From Promethearchaeota archaeon (GTDB taxonomy: Archaea > Asgardarchaeota > Lokiarchaeia > Sigyniarchaeales > Promethearchaeaceae): a DNA stretch of 64,000 nucleotides. The DNA lies in contig SDNX01000001.1 of assembly GCA_004524545.1 (NCBI GenBank), positions 23,270-87,269 of the forward strand, given 5' to 3'. Below, in pieces: positions 60,392 to 64,000 of the stretch (position 1 is the first letter of the stretch; every line of letters starts with the position of its first letter). The notes beneath the pieces were generated by a model. That model saw nothing but the letters and a program-made list of their open reading frames with translations. It made no database searches and was not told where the DNA came from. A program made the position numbers and the translations under genes.

Positions 60392-60823
60392 ATGGACTTT
60401 TTCTGGTTGATTCCTCAAAAAATCGCAGGTGGTTCTCTCCCAAAAGTATCCACAGATTTCATTTCATTACAGAACAATAAGATACAACATATTATATCTT
60501 TAGTCGAAGACACTAGAGATATTAGCACTCTTGTTTTTGGGAATCAGATAAAATTACATCATATTCCTATTCAAGATTGGGGGATTCCATCTCATTCTCA
60601 AATTCAGCGATTTCTTTCTATCGTCAAGGAAAATTTAGCAAATAATGAAGCTACATATGTCCATTGTCATGGAGGATGTGGAAGAACAGGCACAATGTTG
60701 GCAATATTTTTAGTGGAATCAGGGTATGCGGGGGAAGAAGCGTTAAAAAAAATAAGAGATATCAGACCATGCAGTGTAGAAACAGAAGAGCAAGAGCGAT
60801 TAGTTCTAAAGTTTCAACCATAA
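60392..60823 (+). CDS. Dual-specificity protein phosphatase
   Basis: CX5R active site VHCHGGCGRTGTM; 143 aa. Confidence 0.8.
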   Translation: MDFFWLIPQKIAGGSLPKVSTDFISLQNNKIQHIISLVEDTRDISTLVFGNQIKLHHIPIQDWGIPSHSQIQRFLSIVKENLANNEATYVHCHGGCGRTGTMLAIFLVESGYAGEEALKKIRDIRPCSVETEEQERLVLKFQP

Positions 60824-60950
60824 GCTGAACTTTATTTATGGTAGACAGAAACTCGACATAATGGTCAAAGGATTTTGAAACCAAATGAGAGAATTTTAAT
60901 TTGCACAACCTAATATTAAGTTCACTAAATGAGTAAGTGAGGTAGCTATT

Positions 60951-62525
60951 ATGAAAAAACGTACGAAATTAAGCATCATTGGTTTGAGTCTAATTTTTGT
61001 GATGGTGGCAATAGTACCATCTGTTGGCAATAAAATACCAGTGGGGAGACAATTGGAGATAGTTTATGCTCAAAATCAGGAAGAAATAAACTATATCAGT
61101 GCCGGATCCACTCTAGAACCTATCCTTGATACCTATTTAAATTCTTTCGACATTTCTGAACCCTCGAATGTGGTTGTGGAGTATAATGTAAGGACAGGAA
61201 TTGAAACGGAATACTCTGTAAATTACGAAGAGATCCAGTCCGAATTAACTCGATTAGAACCATTTATTGTGCAAAGACAATCCAGGGATGATAAATCCTT
61301 AACAAATTCCTTACGTCCGTCTTTTGGACCAGAAGATCTTGACTTAGTGACCGACACCGAAATATTTCCTTTCAGTGCAGTAGTAAAAGTTATTACAGAT
61401 CTAAATTCAACCCATGTAGTAGTGGGATCTGGAGCGATGATCGATGCAAACCATGTTCTTACGGCAGGACATGTTGTATACGATGCGTTCGAAGGAGGAT
61501 GGAGAGAAAATGTGAGAGTAGTCCCTGGAAAAAATGGATATGGCGAAACTTATCTCACCGAACCTTATGGTCGAGCTTATGCAACCCACATGAGATCCAC
61601 AAGCGGATGGACACAATTTAGTTACATGCAACATGATTGGGCAGTGATTACTTTAGATCGAGATATAGGTGACGAAACAGGGTGGCTAGGAGTAGCGAAT
61701 ATTCCATATACCCATAATAACTATTCAGATCGAGTATATACAGCAGGATATCCCGCTACAACCCTTTCCGGTGATAATATGTATAAAATTTCAGGAATTG
61801 GCGGAACTGCAACTGAATACCAACATTTTTATACATTCTATGGGGAAGGCGGGCAAAGTGGTAGTAGCGTTTGGACACTTCAAGATTCCGATCCATATGT
61901 TATCAGTATATTTGCATATGGCCCAGCACCTGGTTCAGGAACTCGTATTACATCTGAGAAATTCGATCTGATAAATCTATGGATAGAACAAGACTCAACA
62001 GATACCCCTAAACCAGATCTGGAAATTGTTGGCTCGAATAACATCCTTGCAGATCTGGGATATAATAAGAATATTGTAATTTTATTTAGTGAAATCCCCA
62101 TAGCAACTTCAATATTCAATTATGGTAATGTCAATGTCGAAAAAGCGATTCTCAAGTTTTATCTCTCTGAAGATGAGGATATCACGGTAGATGATTATCA
62201 AATTGGTAGGGCTGTGTTAAAAAATATTGAAGCCTTTGCTTCGGTAGATGTCGTAAAATCGTTACGAGTACCTATTGGAGTTCCAGAAGGTCTGTATGAA
62301 ATAGGTTGGATAATTGATCCAGATAATGATGTGGACGAATTTTTAGAAGATAATAATGTATATCTCAATGGTCTACAATTAAGGATAATCTCTACTTTTC
62401 TGGACCAGCTGTTCACCAATCCTTTGTATTTAAGTCTTCTAATTGTAGGAGTAGTATCGATAGTCGGTATTCCTACCGTATTGGCAATTGTTAAGAAAGC
62501 AAAACGCAATAAATTAGGCGCTTAA
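60951..62525 (+). CDS. Secreted trypsin-like serine protease (S1B glutamyl-endopeptidase-like) with C-terminal Ig-like/CARDB-like region and TM anchor
   Basis: Signal peptide; His box VLTAGHVV, Ser box GGQSGSSVW; C-terminal LLIVGVVSIVGIPTVLAIV + KKAKRNK. Confidence 0.75.
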   Translation: MKKRTKLSIIGLSLIFVMVAIVPSVGNKIPVGRQLEIVYAQNQEEINYISAGSTLEPILDTYLNSFDISEPSNVVVEYNVRTGIETEYSVNYEEIQSELTRLEPFIVQRQSRDDKSLTNSLRPSFGPEDLDLVTDTEIFPFSAVVKVITDLNSTHVVVGSGAMIDANHVLTAGHVVYDAFEGGWRENVRVVPGKNGYGETYLTEPYGRAYATHMRSTSGWTQFSYMQHDWAVITLDRDIGDETGWLGVANIPYTHNNYSDRVYTAGYPATTLSGDNMYKISGIGGTATEYQHFYTFYGEGGQSGSSVWTLQDSDPYVISIFAYGPAPGSGTRITSEKFDLINLWIEQDSTDTPKPDLEIVGSNNILADLGYNKNIVILFSEIPIATSIFNYGNVNVEKAILKFYLSEDEDITVDDYQIGRAVLKNIEAFASVDVVKSLRVPIGVPEGLYEIGWIIDPDNDVDEFLEDNNVYLNGLQLRIISTFLDQLFTNPLYLSLLIVGVVSIVGIPTVLAIVKKAKRNKLGA

Positions 62526-62766
62526 TTCACTTTTTTATCATTTTTTCTTTTTTATGACCTCTCTATAAGTGACGCCGATAAAAAAAAGGTAATTACGATG
62601 TATTTTTCACTTGAGATCTGTTAAACAAAATGGATTGACAATTGATAAAGGATTTTTGGGATGTATTAAAAGAATACATATTTTTATAGATCGATACCTT
62701 TGGTGGATTGTTATTATAAAATCCACTAATGCAAGACATCCAGCGTATTAATCAGAAACATAATGG

Positions 62767-63345
62767 TTGAGTCGAATGGGAAAATCGAAATCAATGATAC
62801 TCAAATTGTGCTTATTAGGAGATGGAGGAGTGGGAAAAAGCACACTTGCTCAAAGGTTAGCTTCCGGGATATTCAAGAGTGATACGACGATAACTATTGG
62901 GGTCGATTTTCAGTTAATCCCCATACATTTGAATCTCGATGACGGCGACGAAACCCAAAGGAGAGTGGATGTAGCGGTCTGGGATTTAGGTGGAGAGAAT
63001 CGTTTTCGGGTGATCTTACCAGCATACATTACAGGTGCAGATGGTGGATTATTATTATATGACACGACCCGATATCGAACTGTTAATGATCTAATGGATT
63101 GGGTGACTATTTGGAGAGACAACACTCCTAAGGGAATCCCCTTGTACTTGATTGGCTCAAAAATTGACATGGTATCTGATAGCAATTTACCCATGTTGGA
63201 TATGAATCGTGATGATTTACGAAATTACCTTAATATTGACCCCCATTTCTACATATCATCAAAAACTGGGTACAGAGTTAATGAAGTGATACATAAAATA
63301 GTGAAAGAAATGGTTGAACAAAAACGATTTTTATCCACTGTGTGA
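62767..63345 (+). CDS. Ras/Rab-like small GTPase
   Basis: G1 GDGGVGKST, G2 region TIGVDF, G3 WDLGGE, G4 GSKID. Confidence 0.8.
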   Translation: MSRMGKSKSMILKLCLLGDGGVGKSTLAQRLASGIFKSDTTITIGVDFQLIPIHLNLDDGDETQRRVDVAVWDLGGENRFRVILPAYITGADGGLLLYDTTRYRTVNDLMDWVTIWRDNTPKGIPLYLIGSKIDMVSDSNLPMLDMNRDDLRNYLNIDPHFYISSKTGYRVNEVIHKIVKEMVEQKRFLSTV

Positions 63346-63378
63346 AATAGGGATTATAAATGAGGGTACGTTGATTCC

Positions 63379-63855
63379 TTACAGAGATACAACATTTTGC
63401 ATGAGGATTCTTTCTTCTTCGAATACAGGTATTATTTTCATCATACTCCAAAGAGTTAAATATTCACTCTTAAGACCATCAGATTTTGCTTGTAGTAACA
63501 GTTTCAAAAGTTTGATACAAAAAGTGGATTGAAGAAATCTCTCCTCAAAAAAGTCGATTACTTGGTTAAGGTCTGATTCTGCATTGAGCATACATAACGT
63601 TCCCAGCAGAACAAGAACACTCGTCGTGTCATAATCACGTCTTAGGAGTTGTTTCCTGGCTAATTCAAGGTACCCATGAGCACAAGAAGCGTGCTTATTC
63701 TGGCTTAAGTCCTCGAGAATTTCAAAATATTGTCTTTTAAACGTACTCCTCTTAAGAAATACTTCTTCCAGCCGTTCTTTCTCTTCCCGTATAGATTTAT
63801 GAAGGAATGAAATGCTTTGATTGTAATCTTGTTTTGTTATACTATTCACGTCCAA
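63379..63855 (-). CDS. Hypothetical alpha-helical protein
   Basis: 158 aa, no recognisable motif; convergent with GTPase gene. Confidence 0.3.
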   Translation of the reverse strand: MDVNSITKQDYNQSISFLHKSIREEKERLEEVFLKRSTFKRQYFEILEDLSQNKHASCAHGYLELARKQLLRRDYDTTSVLVLLGTLCMLNAESDLNQVIDFFEERFLQSTFCIKLLKLLLQAKSDGLKSEYLTLWSMMKIIPVFEEERILMQNVVSL

Positions 63856-64000
63856 CGAAAGAATCTTCTAAAATTACAAATGAAGAATCACTTATGACTT
63901 TAAGAATTGTTTATGCTATCTTTGGATTTATTTTCAACATTGTTCAAATTGATTGTTCTCGTTTTGGGTTAAATAAGGATATTAAATAGAGTTTATGGTG

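Noticed and set aside
1-64000. CRISPR arrays, rRNA genes, transposases/integrases, prophage signatures
   Set aside because: No spaced direct-repeat array, no rRNA-like conserved blocks, no DDE/tyrosine-recombinase/terminase-like ORFs; the only sizeable repeats are paralogous gene duplications

Overview
This is an AT-rich stretch of archaeal chromosome (roughly one-third GC by eye) that is densely coded on both strands. No rRNA, CRISPR array, transposase or integrase was found. The core gene set is archaeal: proteasome-activating nucleotidase PAN, histidyl-tRNA synthetase, NAC alpha, a Nip7-like PUA protein, archaeal-type MBF1 (zinc ribbon plus HTH), HflX, CTP-type riboflavin kinase and an intron-containing tRNA-Cys(GCA). 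There is also an unusually eukaryote-like complement: three Ras/Rab-like small GTPases (one with a ~300-aa Pro-rich linker and a C-terminal zinc ribbon), an ESCRT-II EAP30 (Vps22/36)-like winged-helix protein beside a flotillin, a dual-specificity phosphatase and CPBP (Rce1-like) proteases. This combination is most consistent with an Asgard (Lokiarchaeota-like) genome. An accessory carbohydrate set looks like a sulfated-glycan/glucuronide utilisation neighbourhood: a membrane-anchored heparinase II/III-like lyase, a GusA-like GH2 beta-glucuronidase, a Cys-type sulfatase, a BNR/sialidase-like secreted protein, an HSL-family esterase, two MFS paralogs, two GPH (GusB/MelB-like) symporter paralogs (one split), and a four-gene ferredoxin-nitroreductase/SDR/CPBP-like/SDR operon. 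Local structure worth attention: (1) a tandem triplet of paralogous membrane proteins whose third copy carries an in-frame TGA, followed by a canonical CPBP protease; (2) a tandem triplet of small two-TM, zinc-ribbon proteins, the last two sharing a 131-bp identical segment; (3) a class III RNR (NrdD)-like protein with an ATP cone but apparently lacking the glycyl-radical glycine and zinc ribbon; (4) a Gly/Arg-rich protein pair, one with a DUF134/UPF0251-type DNA-binding domain; (5) several probable frameshifts or non-canonical starts (flotillin N-terminus, SDR gene with an SD-positioned ATA, truncated APH-like kinase).
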